DNA from: a plasmid
Sequence record: NZ_CP104760.1
Reading direction: 5' to 3' (one strand)
Length of the DNA: 64,000 nucleotides
In this document: in pieces, positions 38,371 to 50,098 of the stretch
Numbering within the stretch: the first letter of the stretch is position 1
How the letters are laid out: each line of letters opens with the position of its first letter
Translations under genes and position numbers: made by a program
The notes under the pieces: model-generated
The model's database searches: none
The model's input: only the letters and a program-made list of their open reading frames with translations
What the model was told of the DNA's origin: nothing

Positions 38371-39810
38371 ATGTCAGCGGAACTTCCTGCAACAGAGCGT
38401 TCGGACAGCGAGAGCAAGCGGCTTTCTGAAACCCGATCGATTGATTTTATTCCCCACCGCGAACGCCACGGACATCCGTTCAGTCAGTTCACGCTATGGT
38501 TTGGCGGCAACCTGCAAATTACGGCTATTGTGACCGGCGCGCTCGCCGTGGTGCTGGGCGGCGATGTGATCTGGTCGCTGATCGGCCTGCTTGTCGGCCA
38601 GATTATCGGCGCGGCGGTAATGGCGCTGCACGCCGTACAGGGGCCGCGTCTGGGCCTGCCGCAGATGATCACCAGCCGTATCCAGTTTGGCGTGTTCGGC
38701 GCGGTGATCCCGCTGGTGCTGGTGTGCATTATGTATATCGGCTTCTCCGCCAGCGGCACGGTGCTCGCCGGCCAGGCGATGGCGAAGCTGCTGCATATCA
38801 ATAATGCCGCCGGTATGATCCTGTTCAGCCTGATTATTGTGGTGATTGCGGTACTGGGCTACCGGGTGATCCATAAGCTGGGTAAAGTCGCGAGCGTTAT
38901 TGGCGTACTCGCTTTCCTTTATCTGTTTATCACGCTGCTGTCGACGCACGACCTGACGCAGGTCTGGCAGAACCGCCACTTCGCCTTCTCCACCTTTTTA
39001 CTCGCCGTCTCCCTCTCGTCCTCATGGCAGATCGCATTTTGTCCCTACGTCTCTGACTATTCGCGCTATCTGCCGGAAGATGTGTCCGCCAGGCGCTTGT
39101 TCGGCTCCGTGTTTTTCGGCACCGTGCTGGGCACGCAGGCCTCAATGACGCTCGGCGTTATCGTCGCGGCCATCGCGGGCAGCGCGTTTTCCGGCAATGA
39201 GGTCGGCTATATCGTTGGATTAGGCAGCAGCGCCACTATGGCGATGGTGATCTATTTCGCTATCTGCTTCGGCAAGATTACCTTTACCACGCTGAATGCC
39301 TACGGCAGCTTTATGTCGCTGACCACGATTGTTTCCGGCTTCAGTCGCCAGACCTCTCTGAGCCAGCGCGGACGGATTAGCTTTGTGGTGCTGATGGTGG
39401 CGATCGCCTGCGTTATCGCGCTGGTCAGCGAGCCCGCTTTCCTCAAGTCCTTTACCCATTTCCTGCTGTTCCTGCTGGCGTTTTTCGTACCCTGGAGCGC
39501 CATCAGCCTGACCGATTTTTACCTGATCACCAAAGGCCATATTGATATCCCCGCGCTGTCGCAGCCTGACGGACGGTATGGCCGCTGGAACTGGCCGGGT
39601 ATTGCGACCTACTTTATCGGCGTCCTGATCCAGCTGCCGTTTATCGACAACCCGCTGCACCATGGCTCGCTGACCTGGATTTTCGCCGGGAATGATGTCT
39701 CCTGGATCATCGGCTGGTTCGCTACGGCGCTGCTGTGGCTGGGCATGAGGCGTTTCGACCGTCGCGGCGTATTAACAGAAACGGTTTATCCGACGCGGAC
39801 AAGCCTCTAG
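38371..39810 (+). CDS. NCS1-family nucleobase (cytosine/purine/allantoin-type) permease
   Basis: 479 aa with 12 predicted TM helices; NCS1 N-terminal pattern (…FTLWFGGNLQITAIVTGAL…). Confidence 0.7.
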   Translation: MSAELPATERSDSESKRLSETRSIDFIPHRERHGHPFSQFTLWFGGNLQITAIVTGALAVVLGGDVIWSLIGLLVGQIIGAAVMALHAVQGPRLGLPQMITSRIQFGVFGAVIPLVLVCIMYIGFSASGTVLAGQAMAKLLHINNAAGMILFSLIIVVIAVLGYRVIHKLGKVASVIGVLAFLYLFITLLSTHDLTQVWQNRHFAFSTFLLAVSLSSSWQIAFCPYVSDYSRYLPEDVSARRLFGSVFFGTVLGTQASMTLGVIVAAIAGSAFSGNEVGYIVGLGSSATMAMVIYFAICFGKITFTTLNAYGSFMSLTTIVSGFSRQTSLSQRGRISFVVLMVAIACVIALVSEPAFLKSFTHFLLFLLAFFVPWSAISLTDFYLITKGHIDIPALSQPDGRYGRWNWPGIATYFIGVLIQLPFIDNPLHHGSLTWIFAGNDVSWIIGWFATALLWLGMRRFDRRGVLTETVYPTRTSL

Positions 39811-40340
39811 CGACCAGCGATCGTTTTATTCTTTTCTGCTTTAGTGAAAGAACCAGGCCCCATCGGGCCTGGTTTTAATTATTCGGCGCAGGCGCCAAAC
39901 CGGAGGCATAAGATGGCAGGCTGGCATAGTGTAAACCAGCAAATTTCTGAATCTGCCTGTTCCGCTCCCTAAATATATCCTCATCTGGATCTGCTTGTTA
40001 ATCAGCTGTTGCCCTGGCGGCGTTGTTTTCCCTTTATACGTCCCTTTAATAAGGGAAGGTGCAATTAATTAACTTCATCATTACTTCCTTTCTAATGCGG
40101 GAGTGGATTATGGCCTGCACTGGGTATCCCGACCGTTTTCAAATGTTATCATGCCTTGAAACCTGAATTACCTTAACGATTAACGTCATATCGTTATAAA
40201 AACGTTGCGAAACATGTTTTTAGCCTTTTGTGTTTCGCAGCATATTCAGGTTTAACGCGAGGTCATAATATTAAGTTTTTAAATCGATATTATTTTCATG
40301 ACCCTTTCGTACGGGAATCTTTAATAAAGAAAGGAATACT

Positions 40341-41033
40341 ATGCGCAAGATTATTTTATCCTCTGTTATTTCTGTAGCGTTGGGAACGGCGAGTTTTGCA
40401 GGTTTTGCTGCGACCACTGCCACGCTGGCTGTAAAAGGTTCCATAGAACCGACATCCTGCGATATTTCGCTGAGCACTGCATCCATTGACTTTTCTACTA
40501 TCTCTGCTGCAAGCCTGACGGACCCTGTTAATTCAAGAATGGGCGCTCCATTTACCCTGAATCTGACCTGCAGTGGGGCCACTGCCGTCGCGGTTCAGAC
40601 GACTGACAACCGTGCTGCCAGCGCAATGACCACAGCGGAAGTTCTGAGCGATATGGGCGTAAACATGGGCACCACAGTGGCTAATGCATCGCTTTTTGGC
40701 ATTGGCACCCACAACACAGATAAAAAAGTCGGCTTTCTGCAGTTGAGCATGAGTGAGGCGAATCTGAATGGCACCGCCAGCAGCAATCTGCTCACAAGCA
40801 GTGATAAACGAACCTGGAATAGTAAGACAGTTTCATCAAGCAAGCGATTTTCTTTAGAGAAGGACGGTTATTTTTCCCTCGCGAGCAGCGCCAGTTCCAG
40901 TACGCCGGCAGCGGCTACCAGCGCCAGCTATACCCTTACGCCTGCAATTGTTCTGAAGCACGGCGATCATTATCCAGGAGGCGAAGCGGTCAATATTGAC
41001 GGCAACGTGACATTCTCAGTGGTCTATATCTGA
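40341..41033 (+). CDS. Secreted DUF1120-like putative fimbrial subunit
   Basis: Signal peptide; Ser/Thr/Ala-rich beta-rich 230 aa. First gene of a chaperone-usher operon. Confidence 0.55.
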   Translation: MRKIILSSVISVALGTASFAGFAATTATLAVKGSIEPTSCDISLSTASIDFSTISAASLTDPVNSRMGAPFTLNLTCSGATAVAVQTTDNRAASAMTTAEVLSDMGVNMGTTVANASLFGIGTHNTDKKVGFLQLSMSEANLNGTASSNLLTSSDKRTWNSKTVSSSKRFSLEKDGYFSLASSASSSTPAAATSASYTLTPAIVLKHGDHYPGGEAVNIDGNVTFSVVYI

Positions 41034-41094
41034 TTTTTACTTTTTTGCGAAGGCATATTGCCTTCGCTTATTTTTTTCAAATGATACTAATCCT

Positions 41095-41775
41095 ATGTTA
41101 CTTAAAAACAGCCTTATTATTGCTCTTCTCTTTTTATCCGCTTCCAGCGCTATTGCGGCGGGTATGAAACCTCAGGTTCCGGTGTTATTTATTGACGATG
41201 AAAATCGTGAGGCGACCATTACTGTAGAGAATACAGACAGCAGCCCAGCCTTACTGCACAGCAGCCTGCAAACTATTCCGGAAGATCGCGAAAACAAATT
41301 AATTCTCACGCCGCAGCTTGCACGGGTTGAGGCCGGCGATAAGCAGCAGGTACGGGTGGTTTTAAAGGAGGGCATCACGCTGACCACTCAAACCATGCAG
41401 CGCATTAATTTCACCCCTGTGCCCACTGACGACGGCAAGAAAAACCGTGCGCGCGTGACTATCGGCCAGAATATTCCCGTTATTCTCTCTCCGGCGAGCC
41501 TGCCGCTGAATACCACGCCGTGGCAAGGGCTAACAGCCCAGCGTGCCGGCACGTCCCTCTTTATTAACAATCCAACGCCCTATATCGTCCGGCTGACGAC
41601 GCAGATCGATCTGCTGCCAGGCAAAACCAGGGTGGAATTGCCGAAAACCTATATTTTGCCACACGAATCGATCACGCTTGCGCTGCCCCAAGGTGCCAGT
41701 CACGCGCAAAGCCTCCGGTTGCATCCCGTTACCCGGTTCGGCATTCTGACGGCGCCTTATGAGCTAAGGCTGTGA
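41095..41775 (+). CDS. Periplasmic fimbrial chaperone (PapD-like)
   Basis: Signal peptide; 226 aa; chaperone-like sequence; position before the usher. Confidence 0.65.
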   Translation: MLLKNSLIIALLFLSASSAIAAGMKPQVPVLFIDDENREATITVENTDSSPALLHSSLQTIPEDRENKLILTPQLARVEAGDKQQVRVVLKEGITLTTQTMQRINFTPVPTDDGKKNRARVTIGQNIPVILSPASLPLNTTPWQGLTAQRAGTSLFINNPTPYIVRLTTQIDLLPGKTRVELPKTYILPHESITLALPQGASHAQSLRLHPVTRFGILTAPYELRL

Positions 41776-44144
41776 CTGACATGATAAGAATGGCGATCTT
41801 CACAGCTTCGGTGATAGCCTCAGCCAGCGCGGCGGCGACGGTAAAATATGACAAAGAGATGCTCGCATCGCTTGGTTACGATCCCAGCGCAGCGGCGTTA
41901 TTTGAGGCTGGCGCACATTTCTTTCCCGGCGAGAACGCCGTGAATATTAGCGTCAACGGGAAAAATAAAGGCGTGCATCGGGTCATTTTTGACAGCGCTG
42001 GCTCGCCCTGCTGGAACGAGGCGCTGCTGCGCAAGCTGGGCATCGATTCGCTCAGCTTTGATGGATACAGACCTGCCTGCCTGAAGCCGCTGGCGAGCAG
42101 TAAAATAAACATCAAAGAAGAGGTCAGGCGTAGCCGTTTGCAGCTACAGGTCCCCGTTAGCAGCCTGCTGCGGGAGGTACAGTATGCGACCGGCGGCAAG
42201 GCGGCTATCGTTAATTACGATGCCAGACACTATCAGTTTCAGAGCCGTAGCGGCGAAAACCATCATTCTCAATCGCTGACGTCAGAAGTCGGCGCGAATA
42301 TCAGCCACTGGATCCTTCGCAGCGGGCAGAGCTATTCGGCGCTTGATAATCAAAACACCTTCACCCGCCTTTACAGCTACGGGCAGCGATCGGTTCCTGC
42401 CTGGGCGTCGGTTATACAGGTCGGTGAAATTATCTCCAGCGACGCCCTCTTCTCAGGCATCACGCTGACCGGCGCACAAATTGTGCCGGAACGCGCCACC
42501 CAAAACGGCGGCATGAATCTTGTCAGTCTCAACGTGCTTATTCCCCAGACAGGCAGCGCTGAAGTCTGGCAGGGCAACGTTTTGCTAAAAACTTTTACCG
42601 TCACTGCCGGTATGAACAGACTGAGCAGGATCCCCGCGCTTAACCAGCAGGATGATTTTGTTATCATCATTCGCGATGAGAGCGGTAATCAACAACAGCA
42701 AACCTTTCCCGTTATCCAGGCGATGCCGGAAACGCTCCTGCTTGATATGGGGACCTCTCTGGCGCTGGGACAGCTGCGTTTGACGCAAGAGAAATATCCG
42801 TTGCTGTTGGGGTCAACGGGCGTTTTTCAGCATCCGAGGATGGCGGTTGGCGTTGGCGGGCTGGTAAGCGAAGCCTATCAGGCAGGAGGCTGGCGCGCCT
42901 CTGTACGGCTTTCCGAATACCTGCTGGCGACCCTGTCGCAGACCTGGTCCCTTGCGCATAAGGGCGCAGATAGCGAAGGAAGAAAGCAGGGACTTAATCA
43001 TCAGGCCGGGCTGATTTATCCCGTGACGCAGCGACTCTCGCTGACCGCCTCAATGAATACCCGCAGCCGTAACTATGTTGATACCAGCAGCTCCTGGTCC
43101 TCTCATAAAACCGCTGCAGAAACCGGGCAAATCAAATCGCAATATGCGGCAGGCGTGAGTTACAGCCATGAGTGGCTGGGCGTTTTCTCGTTTACCGGCA
43201 GTCAGGCTCGCAGCTGGCAAGGCAGCGATATGCTGGGGTATACGCAGGCATGGGGACGGGCCTTTGGCAAGGTCAACGTCAACCTGGGCGTACAGAAAAA
43301 CCGGCTGACAAGCGATCGGCGTCATTATGATAATCGTTACGCTTATCTCAGTTTTTCGCTGCCGCTGGGAGAAAACCGCAGCCTGCGCAGCTGGATTAAC
43401 AGCAATGACGGGAGATCGCAGGGCGGCATCGGCTACGATCAAAGCCTGAACGATAAATTCGCATGGAGCCTGTCGAGCGAGAAAAATCAGCGCGACGATC
43501 CCTCTCTGGCTGGATCAGCCAGCTGGACAAGTAAATATACCCAGCTAAGCGGCGGCGCGTCCCGCAGCGATACCAGCACCAGCTTTAATGCTGGCGCGCG
43601 CGGCGGCGCGGTGCTGCATAGCGAAGGGCTGACCTTCACGCCGCGTAGCGTGGGCGATACGTTTAGTGTTATTTCACTCAACAATGCCCTGCCGGACGTC
43701 GAGATGCGGACGCCCGCCGGCGCCGTGTGGAGCGACCGCGGCGGCTATGCCATTTCATCATGGATGCCCTGGCAGAAGAATACGGTGCACATCAACCCGA
43801 CAAGCCTGCCGAAAAATGTTCAGGTTCCTGGCGGCATTATTGACGTCTTGCCCTACCGCGGCGCTGTTGTTCCTGTGACGCTTCCCGCTTTCACCGTGCG
43901 TCGCACGCTGCTGAGCTTTCCTGCCAATGAAAAGCCCGCGCCGGGCAGCGCCGTAAAAGATGAAAAAGGGCTGCTGCTGGCATTTGTTAACGAAGACGGC
44001 ACGATCTTTTTCGACGATCTGCCTGACGGCAGGCTTTACGTGCAGCGGTCCGACGGCAAACGTTGCGTTATCACGCTGACTTCGCCATGGGCTGCGGGCC
44101 CAGGCGCCCTTTATGCCTCCCTTTCTGCGAGATGTGTAACGTGA
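41772..44144 (+). CDS. Fimbrial outer-membrane usher protein
   Basis: 790 aa; usher-like length and beta-barrel-type sequence; coupled to the chaperone gene. Confidence 0.75.
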   Translation: MTDMIRMAIFTASVIASASAAATVKYDKEMLASLGYDPSAAALFEAGAHFFPGENAVNISVNGKNKGVHRVIFDSAGSPCWNEALLRKLGIDSLSFDGYRPACLKPLASSKINIKEEVRRSRLQLQVPVSSLLREVQYATGGKAAIVNYDARHYQFQSRSGENHHSQSLTSEVGANISHWILRSGQSYSALDNQNTFTRLYSYGQRSVPAWASVIQVGEIISSDALFSGITLTGAQIVPERATQNGGMNLVSLNVLIPQTGSAEVWQGNVLLKTFTVTAGMNRLSRIPALNQQDDFVIIIRDESGNQQQQTFPVIQAMPETLLLDMGTSLALGQLRLTQEKYPLLLGSTGVFQHPRMAVGVGGLVSEAYQAGGWRASVRLSEYLLATLSQTWSLAHKGADSEGRKQGLNHQAGLIYPVTQRLSLTASMNTRSRNYVDTSSSWSSHKTAAETGQIKSQYAAGVSYSHEWLGVFSFTGSQARSWQGSDMLGYTQAWGRAFGKVNVNLGVQKNRLTSDRRHYDNRYAYLSFSLPLGENRSLRSWINSNDGRSQGGIGYDQSLNDKFAWSLSSEKNQRDDPSLAGSASWTSKYTQLSGGASRSDTSTSFNAGARGGAVLHSEGLTFTPRSVGDTFSVISLNNALPDVEMRTPAGAVWSDRGGYAISSWMPWQKNTVHINPTSLPKNVQVPGGIIDVLPYRGAVVPVTLPAFTVRRTLLSFPANEKPAPGSAVKDEKGLLLAFVNEDGTIFFDDLPDGRLYVQRSDGKRCVITLTSPWAAGPGALYASLSARCVT

Positions 44145-44689
44145 AACAACCTCTACTCCTTTCCCTGACGCTGGCGGCTGGGGTGCTTGCCACTGCCGAC
44201 GCCAGCGCAGCGTGCCAGCTCCAGCTCAGCGACGCGCAGATTATTTATGCTCCGGTTACCCGCGGCGAACTGCTGACACGCGCAGGCAACCATTTCTCCG
44301 ACAGCGAGCTGCGCGTCGGAGAACCGCGCGATCTGGATATTCTCATGACCTGCGATCGCCCTGCCCGGCTGACGCTGCAGTTTATCGGACCAGCAAAAGA
44401 GAGCGGCAGTTACCGATTTGGCGCCTCGGGCCGGGCGACGCTGCTGCTGCACGATCTCTTTATCGACGATCGTCAGGCGAAAATCGGCAACGCGGGCAAA
44501 GAGGAGAACGAAATGGCCTTTACGCCGGGAGCCGTGCTGACCTTCTGGCAGGATGGCCGTCCCGCCACAGGCAGGGTTATGCGCGCTAAAGTGACGATCG
44601 CCGCATGGATGCCCGCCGACGCGACTAACGTGAATGAGCAGGAGAGCTGGCAACTCAACGGCAGCTTTGTTTCAGGCGACGACAGTTAA
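44140..44689 (+). CDS. Second DUF1120-like fimbrial/adhesin subunit
   Basis: Signal peptide MKQPLLLSLTLAAGVLATADASAA. GTG start overlapping the usher stop. Confidence 0.5.
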
Positions 44690-44703
44690 AGCCAGGGACG
44701 CAG

Positions 44704-47406
44704 CTATACGTAACCCATCATTTTCAACATCGATTGCGCCTGATGCATCGCTTCGGCGCGCTGGGTCACGCCCAGCTTCTGATAGAGGTTACGGATATGG
44801 GTTTTAATGGTGGTAGCGGCGACATCAAGCTCGCTGGCGATTTGATCGTTGCTGTAGCCGGAGTAGATCAGGCCCAGTACCTGCCATTCGCGCTGCGTAA
44901 GGGGACTGGTGCGGATCAGCTCCGGCACGTCAGGATGATTCAGTAAGCGGCTGACGAAGCCCTCATCGAAATGGGCAAACTTATGGCGATGGTATTTATT
45001 GATCTCATTGAGGATGCGGCGCGCGCGATGGTTGTCCAGCTCCTCCAGCGTGTTGAGCTGAATAAGCTGACGCAGCTGCTGCGCCATGATCTCGCCTTCA
45101 ATAACAAAGTGGCTGATAAAGCCGGTGCTGCGCGCCAGCTTCAGGGCTTCGATTAACGTGCGCTGCGCTTCGGCTTTACGCCCGGTCTGCCAGTAAATCT
45201 GATTGAGCAGCAGCAGGTTGCGGTTCATATCGCTCATCAGGCGCAGCGCGCGTGCGTTCTCGTTGAGCTCTTCCAGCACCACTTCCGCCTGAGTAAGATT
45301 TCCCTGCAGGATCTGCGCCCGCGCCACGTTGCGCCACTGTCCCTGTAAGAAGTGATTATTGGCAAAGGCGGGCTTGGCGGTATGCCGCATCCAGTGGCTG
45401 GCGCTCTGCGCATCGCCCGTCATCTGCCAGTAGATCACTCTGACCTTGTCGGCGTTAGCGATCCAGTCGCTGTGCAGGCTGCCGTTGTTCAGCAGATTTT
45501 CCAGACGGTTAAGATAGCTGCGCGCGTTATCCAGATTGCCGCGCGCCAGCGAGCACTGCACCAGCAGCCCCAGACACTGGATCTGCTGCTGCGGCGGGTA
45601 GCCTTTCAATACTTTCATTCCTTCACGCGCCGCCTGCTCCGCCTCGTCCAGCCGGCCCCACGCCCACATCAGCTGGGCGCGAATGCGCAGCAGAAACTCG
45701 TGCAGCGGGAACTGCGCCAGATGCTGCTCGCCCACCAGCACGAACCCTTTCTCCTGAATCTCCCAGGCGGCCTGCAGGAATCCCTGCGCGAAAAGGATTT
45801 CGCTTTGCTGGATCAGACTCCAGAGCACGTAGTGCCAGGCTTCATCTCGCCGCGCCATCTGTTCGGTCTGACGCATCAGCGCCAGCGAACGACTCAGCTC
45901 GCCTTTGCAGTGCATCACTTCGCCATGCACCGATGTAGCGACGATGCGGCTGTAGCGACGGGTTTCAGGCAGCGTCTCCAGCGCCAGCTGGGCAAGCCGC
46001 TCCGCCTCCTCGGTGTTGCCGTCGTTGATCGCCACCTGTGCGCGCACGGCGTTGAATTCGCCCTGCAGCGCCGCGTCGATCTCGCAGTTGCACGCCTGCT
46101 CGAACTTCGCCAGCAGCAGGTTGACTTCAGAAAAGCGATGCTGGCTCTGCATCAGCCAGGCCTGCAGCAGCACCAGCCTGGGATTTTCCAGCAGCATCGT
46201 CCAGGGCAGCGCCTTAAGGGAGGTCTCCAGCAGCGCCAGCTCGCTCTGATTAAACAGCGTCCAGGCGTGCTCCAGCAGCACGTCGCGCAGCATATCGACA
46301 TCGCCGGAGGCGAGCGCATGACCAATCGCCTCGCCGGGAAATCCCTGCGCCACCCAGCTTTCGGCTGCCGCGCGATGCACCGCAGGCAGCTCGGCTGCCA
46401 GCTCCCACTGACAGCGCTGGCGCAAAAAAGAGCCAAACAGCGGGTGATAGCTGAACCACTGTCCTGAATCATCCATACGCTGCAGGAAGAGTCCCTGCCG
46501 CTCAATCTCCTCCAGCCGCATGCGCCCGTTGGCTTCACCCGTCACGCTGGCGACGAGCGCATCATTCATGGAGCGCAGCAGTGCGGTCTTCAGCAGAAAA
46601 TGACGCGTCGCGTCGTCGACATTATCCAGCACCTCTTCCACCAGATAGTCGGCAAGGTGGCTGGCGTTAATGCCGGAGAGCCGTCGGGCGGAATCCTGCG
46701 CCGAGCCGCCGCCCTGACGCGCGGAGAGCGCGATCAGCTGCAGCGCGGTCGCCCAGCCCGCGACATCGTCGCACAGGCGTCCGCTCTCCTCGGTGGCGAG
46801 CGGCGCGCTCAGCCGACGGTCAAAAAACTGCTTCGCTTCGTGATGGGTAAACGCCAGCTGCTGACTGCCCAGTTCAAGCAGCTGCTCGCGCACGCGCAGA
46901 TTGGCGATGCCGAGCTGCGGCAGATTGCGCGACAGCACCACCAGCGTAAGGTTGTCGGGCTGATGGCGCAGAAAAAAACGCATCGCCTCATGGATCGCGG
47001 GATTAGTGATGTGATGATAGTCATCAATAATCAGCCAGAGCGGCTGCCGCCATTCGGTCAGCTCAATAAACAGCTGGGCGAACAGCGCGTTGAGGTTAAC
47101 GTACTGCCGCTTTTGCGCCAGCGTTTCGCTGCGACGGCAGCCGCCCTGCGTCGCCTGTTGCAGCGCCGCAATAAGATAATCAGCAAAACGCTCCGGCTGA
47201 TTATCGCCCTCGTCTAATGAATACCAGCCCAGCTCCTTTTTATCCGCCGCCCACTGGGATACCAGCGTGGTTTTGCCGTAACCCGCCGGGCTGGTGATCA
47301 AAACCAGCCGATAGTTGGCCGCTGCGGTGAGCTTTTGCAGCAGGCGATCGCGGGTGACGGTGCTTTCAAGGCGAACGGGTCGACTGAGTTTCGAGGGTAT
47401 TAACAT
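44704..47406 (-). CDS. malT: Maltose regulon transcriptional activator MalT
   Basis: About 901 aa. N-terminus [13 protein letters not shown]…[12 protein letters not shown] is collinear with E. coli MalT; LuxR-type HTH at the C-terminus. Confidence 0.95.
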   Translation of the reverse strand: MLIPSKLSRPVRLESTVTRDRLLQKLTAAANYRLVLITSPAGYGKTTLVSQWAADKKELGWYSLDEGDNQPERFADYLIAALQQATQGGCRRSETLAQKRQYVNLNALFAQLFIELTEWRQPLWLIIDDYHHITNPAIHEAMRFFLRHQPDNLTLVVLSRNLPQLGIANLRVREQLLELGSQQLAFTHHEAKQFFDRRLSAPLATEESGRLCDDVAGWATALQLIALSARQGGGSAQDSARRLSGINASHLADYLVEEVLDNVDDATRHFLLKTALLRSMNDALVASVTGEANGRMRLEEIERQGLFLQRMDDSGQWFSYHPLFGSFLRQRCQWELAAELPAVHRAAAESWVAQGFPGEAIGHALASGDVDMLRDVLLEHAWTLFNQSELALLETSLKALPWTMLLENPRLVLLQAWLMQSQHRFSEVNLLLAKFEQACNCEIDAALQGEFNAVRAQVAINDGNTEEAERLAQLALETLPETRRYSRIVATSVHGEVMHCKGELSRSLALMRQTEQMARRDEAWHYVLWSLIQQSEILFAQGFLQAAWEIQEKGFVLVGEQHLAQFPLHEFLLRIRAQLMWAWGRLDEAEQAAREGMKVLKGYPPQQQIQCLGLLVQCSLARGNLDNARSYLNRLENLLNNGSLHSDWIANADKVRVIYWQMTGDAQSASHWMRHTAKPAFANNHFLQGQWRNVARAQILQGNLTQAEVVLEELNENARALRLMSDMNRNLLLLNQIYWQTGRKAEAQRTLIEALKLARSTGFISHFVIEGEIMAQQLRQLIQLNTLEELDNHRARRILNEINKYHRHKFAHFDEGFVSRLLNHPDVPELIRTSPLTQREWQVLGLIYSGYSNDQIASELDVAATTIKTHIRNLYQKLGVTQRAEAMHQAQSMLKMMGYV

Positions 47407-47587
47407 GGGCGCACGCTTCTCCATTAACGTTTAGCGCATCATTTTTTTACGCTTCGTAATTAATCTTCATACACGTTCAGCGATTCGATGACTGAATGCA
47501 AGCAAACCTGTAAGGCAGCCTTAACAAAAGCGAGTGTAATCACACTACTGCGCCGCTTTCAGATTTACCCTGGCTTCTCCGCCCTCG

Positions 47588-47625
47588 TTATCCTCCCTGC
47601 TGAATTTGATGCGGGAGGAGGAGCG
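47588..47625. promoter_or_regulatory. malP promoter region with MalT-box-like motifs (ttatcctccc inverted; GGGAGGAGGAG direct)
   Basis: Matches the MalT box consensus GGGGA(T/G)GAGG. Located 60-100 bp upstream of malP. Confidence 0.4.
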
Positions 47626-47687
47626 CCAGAACCACGGCAGGCACACTGGCACGCATACCCTTTTCGTTCTGACAGGAAGCACAACAC

Positions 47688-50090
47688 ATGAACCCGCAAT
47701 CCTTCGACACCGACCGTTTTACCGCCGCGCTTACGCGCCAGTGGCAACGCTTTGGTCTGCGCGACGCGCAGGAGATGAATCCTCAACAGTGGTGGCACGC
47801 ACTCAGCGGCGCGCTGGCCGAGCTGATGGCTGACCTGCCTGCGCAGGCGGCAAACGGGCCACAGCGCCACGTTAACTATCTCTCCATGGAGTTTCTGACC
47901 GGGCGGCTGACGGGAAATAACCTGCTCAACCTGGGCTGGTATCAGCCGGTCAGCGACGCGCTCGCCGGTTGCGGCGTTGACTTGAGCGAGGTGCTGGAGC
48001 GCGAGACCGATCCGGCGCTCGGCAACGGCGGCCTGGGTCGACTGGCGGCCTGTTTTCTCGACGCCATGGCGACCACCGGGCAGCCTGCTATCGGCTACGG
48101 CCTGAACTACCAGTACGGCCTGTTTCGTCAGCATTTTGTCGAGGGCGCGCAGCATGAGCAGCCGGACGACTGGGGGCGTGACCGCTACCCCTGGTTTCGT
48201 CACAACGCCGCGCTGACGGTGCAGGTCGGCCTGGGTGGCAAGGTCACGACGGAGAACGGCCTTCCGCGCTGGGAACCCGCTTTTCTGTTGCAGGGCGAAG
48301 CCTGGGATCTGCCCGTTGTCGGCTACCAGAACGGCGTGATCCAGCCGCTGCGCCTCTGGCAAGCGAAACATGCGCATCCTTTCAATCTGCAACGCTTTAA
48401 CGACGGCGATTTTCTGCGTGCCGAACAGCAGGGTATCGATGCGGAGAAGCTGACGAAGGTGCTCTACCCCAACGACAACCATCTGGCGGGGAAAAAGCTG
48501 CGCCTGATGCAGCAATATTTCCAGTGCGCCTGTACCCTGGCTGATATCCTGCGACGCCATCATCAGGCGGGCCGCGCGATTGAGTCGCTGCCCGACTATG
48601 AGGTGATCCAGCTTAACGATACCCACCCGACGCTGGCGATCCCTGAGCTGCTGCGCCTGCTGCTCGACCAACATCAGCTGTCGTGGGAGCAGGCGTGGCG
48701 CATTACGCAGCGCACCTTCGCCTACACCAACCATACGCTGATGCCGGAAGCGCTGGAGTGCTGGAACCTGCGTCTGGTACGCACGCTGCTGCCGCGCCAT
48801 ATGATGATTATCAACACCATCAACGCACAGCTGAAAAAAGAGGTGGAGGCGCGCTGGCCGGGCAACGAAGCGATCTGGGCGAAGCTGGCGGTAGTGCATA
48901 ATCAGCAGCTGCGCATGGCGAACCTTTGCGTGGTCAGCGGCTTCGCGGTCAATGGCGTAGCGGCCCTACACTCGAAGCTGGTGGTGCAGGACCTCTTTCC
49001 GGCGTATCACGCGCTGTGGCCGGAGAAGTTCCATAACGTCACTAACGGCATCACGCCGCGCCGCTGGATCCAGCAGTGCAACCCGGCGCTGGCCGCGCTG
49101 ATCGGCAAAACCCTACGTCGCCCCTGGCTTAACGATCTGGATGCGCTCAGCGATCTGGCACCGCTGGCGGAGGATGCGGCGTTTCGCGCGGAGTATCGTG
49201 CCATCAAACAGGAGAACAAGGCCGCTCTGACGCGCTGGATCGCCGAACAAACCGGTATTCACGTTCAGCCCGACGCGCTGTTCGACGTACAGATTAAGCG
49301 TTTGCATGAATATAAGCGCCAGCATCTGATGCTGCTGCATATCATCGCCCTGTGGCAAACCCTGGTCAGCGATCCGCAGGCGAACTTGACGCCGCGCGTA
49401 ATGCTGTTCGGTGCCAAAGCAGCGCCGGGCTATGCGCTGGCGAAAAATATCATCTATGCCATCAATAAGGTGGCCGCGGTGGTCAACGCCGATCCGCGCG
49501 TCGGCGATCGCCTTAAAATCGTGTTTATTCCCGACTACAACGTCTCTGTAGCGGAGCGGCTTATCCCGGCCGCCGATCTCTCCGAACAGATCTCTACGGC
49601 AGGCAAAGAGGCTTCCGGCACCGGCAATATGAAGCTGGCGCTCAACGGCGCGCTGACAATTGGCACGCTGGACGGCGCAAATGTGGAGATTGCCCAGCAG
49701 GTCGGCGAGGAGAATATCTTTATTTTCGGTCATACCGTCGAGCAGGTCAGCGCGCTGAAGCAGGCGGGTTACGCACCGACGACGTGGCGTAAAAAAGATC
49801 CGCAGCTTGATCGGGCGCTGACCGCGCTGGAGGACGGTACGTTCAGCGACGGCGACCGGACCGCCTTCGCCGCGCTGACGCGCAGCCTGGGGCCGGAGGG
49901 CGGCGATCCTTATCTGGTGCTGGCCGATTTCCGTCACTATCTCAACGCCCAGCAGCAGGTTGAAGCGCTGTGGGCCGATCGGGACGCCTGGACGCGCGCC
50001 GCTATTCTGAACACCGCGCGCTGCGGCATGTTCAGCGCCGACCGCGCCATCCGCGACTATCAGCAACGCATCTGGCAGGCCGCGCGCTGA
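47688..50090 (+). CDS. malP: Maltodextrin phosphorylase MalP
   Basis: 800 aa; collinear with E. coli MalP (…[11 protein letters not shown]…; PLP-lysine region). Confidence 0.95.
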   Translation: MNPQSFDTDRFTAALTRQWQRFGLRDAQEMNPQQWWHALSGALAELMADLPAQAANGPQRHVNYLSMEFLTGRLTGNNLLNLGWYQPVSDALAGCGVDLSEVLERETDPALGNGGLGRLAACFLDAMATTGQPAIGYGLNYQYGLFRQHFVEGAQHEQPDDWGRDRYPWFRHNAALTVQVGLGGKVTTENGLPRWEPAFLLQGEAWDLPVVGYQNGVIQPLRLWQAKHAHPFNLQRFNDGDFLRAEQQGIDAEKLTKVLYPNDNHLAGKKLRLMQQYFQCACTLADILRRHHQAGRAIESLPDYEVIQLNDTHPTLAIPELLRLLLDQHQLSWEQAWRITQRTFAYTNHTLMPEALECWNLRLVRTLLPRHMMIINTINAQLKKEVEARWPGNEAIWAKLAVVHNQQLRMANLCVVSGFAVNGVAALHSKLVVQDLFPAYHALWPEKFHNVTNGITPRRWIQQCNPALAALIGKTLRRPWLNDLDALSDLAPLAEDAAFRAEYRAIKQENKAALTRWIAEQTGIHVQPDALFDVQIKRLHEYKRQHLMLLHIIALWQTLVSDPQANLTPRVMLFGAKAAPGYALAKNIIYAINKVAAVVNADPRVGDRLKIVFIPDYNVSVAERLIPAADLSEQISTAGKEASGTGNMKLALNGALTIGTLDGANVEIAQQVGEENIFIFGHTVEQVSALKQAGYAPTTWRKKDPQLDRALTALEDGTFSDGDRTAFAALTRSLGPEGGDPYLVLADFRHYLNAQQQVEALWADRDAWTRAAILNTARCGMFSADRAIRDYQQRIWQAAR

Positions 50091-50098
50091 GGATCGCC

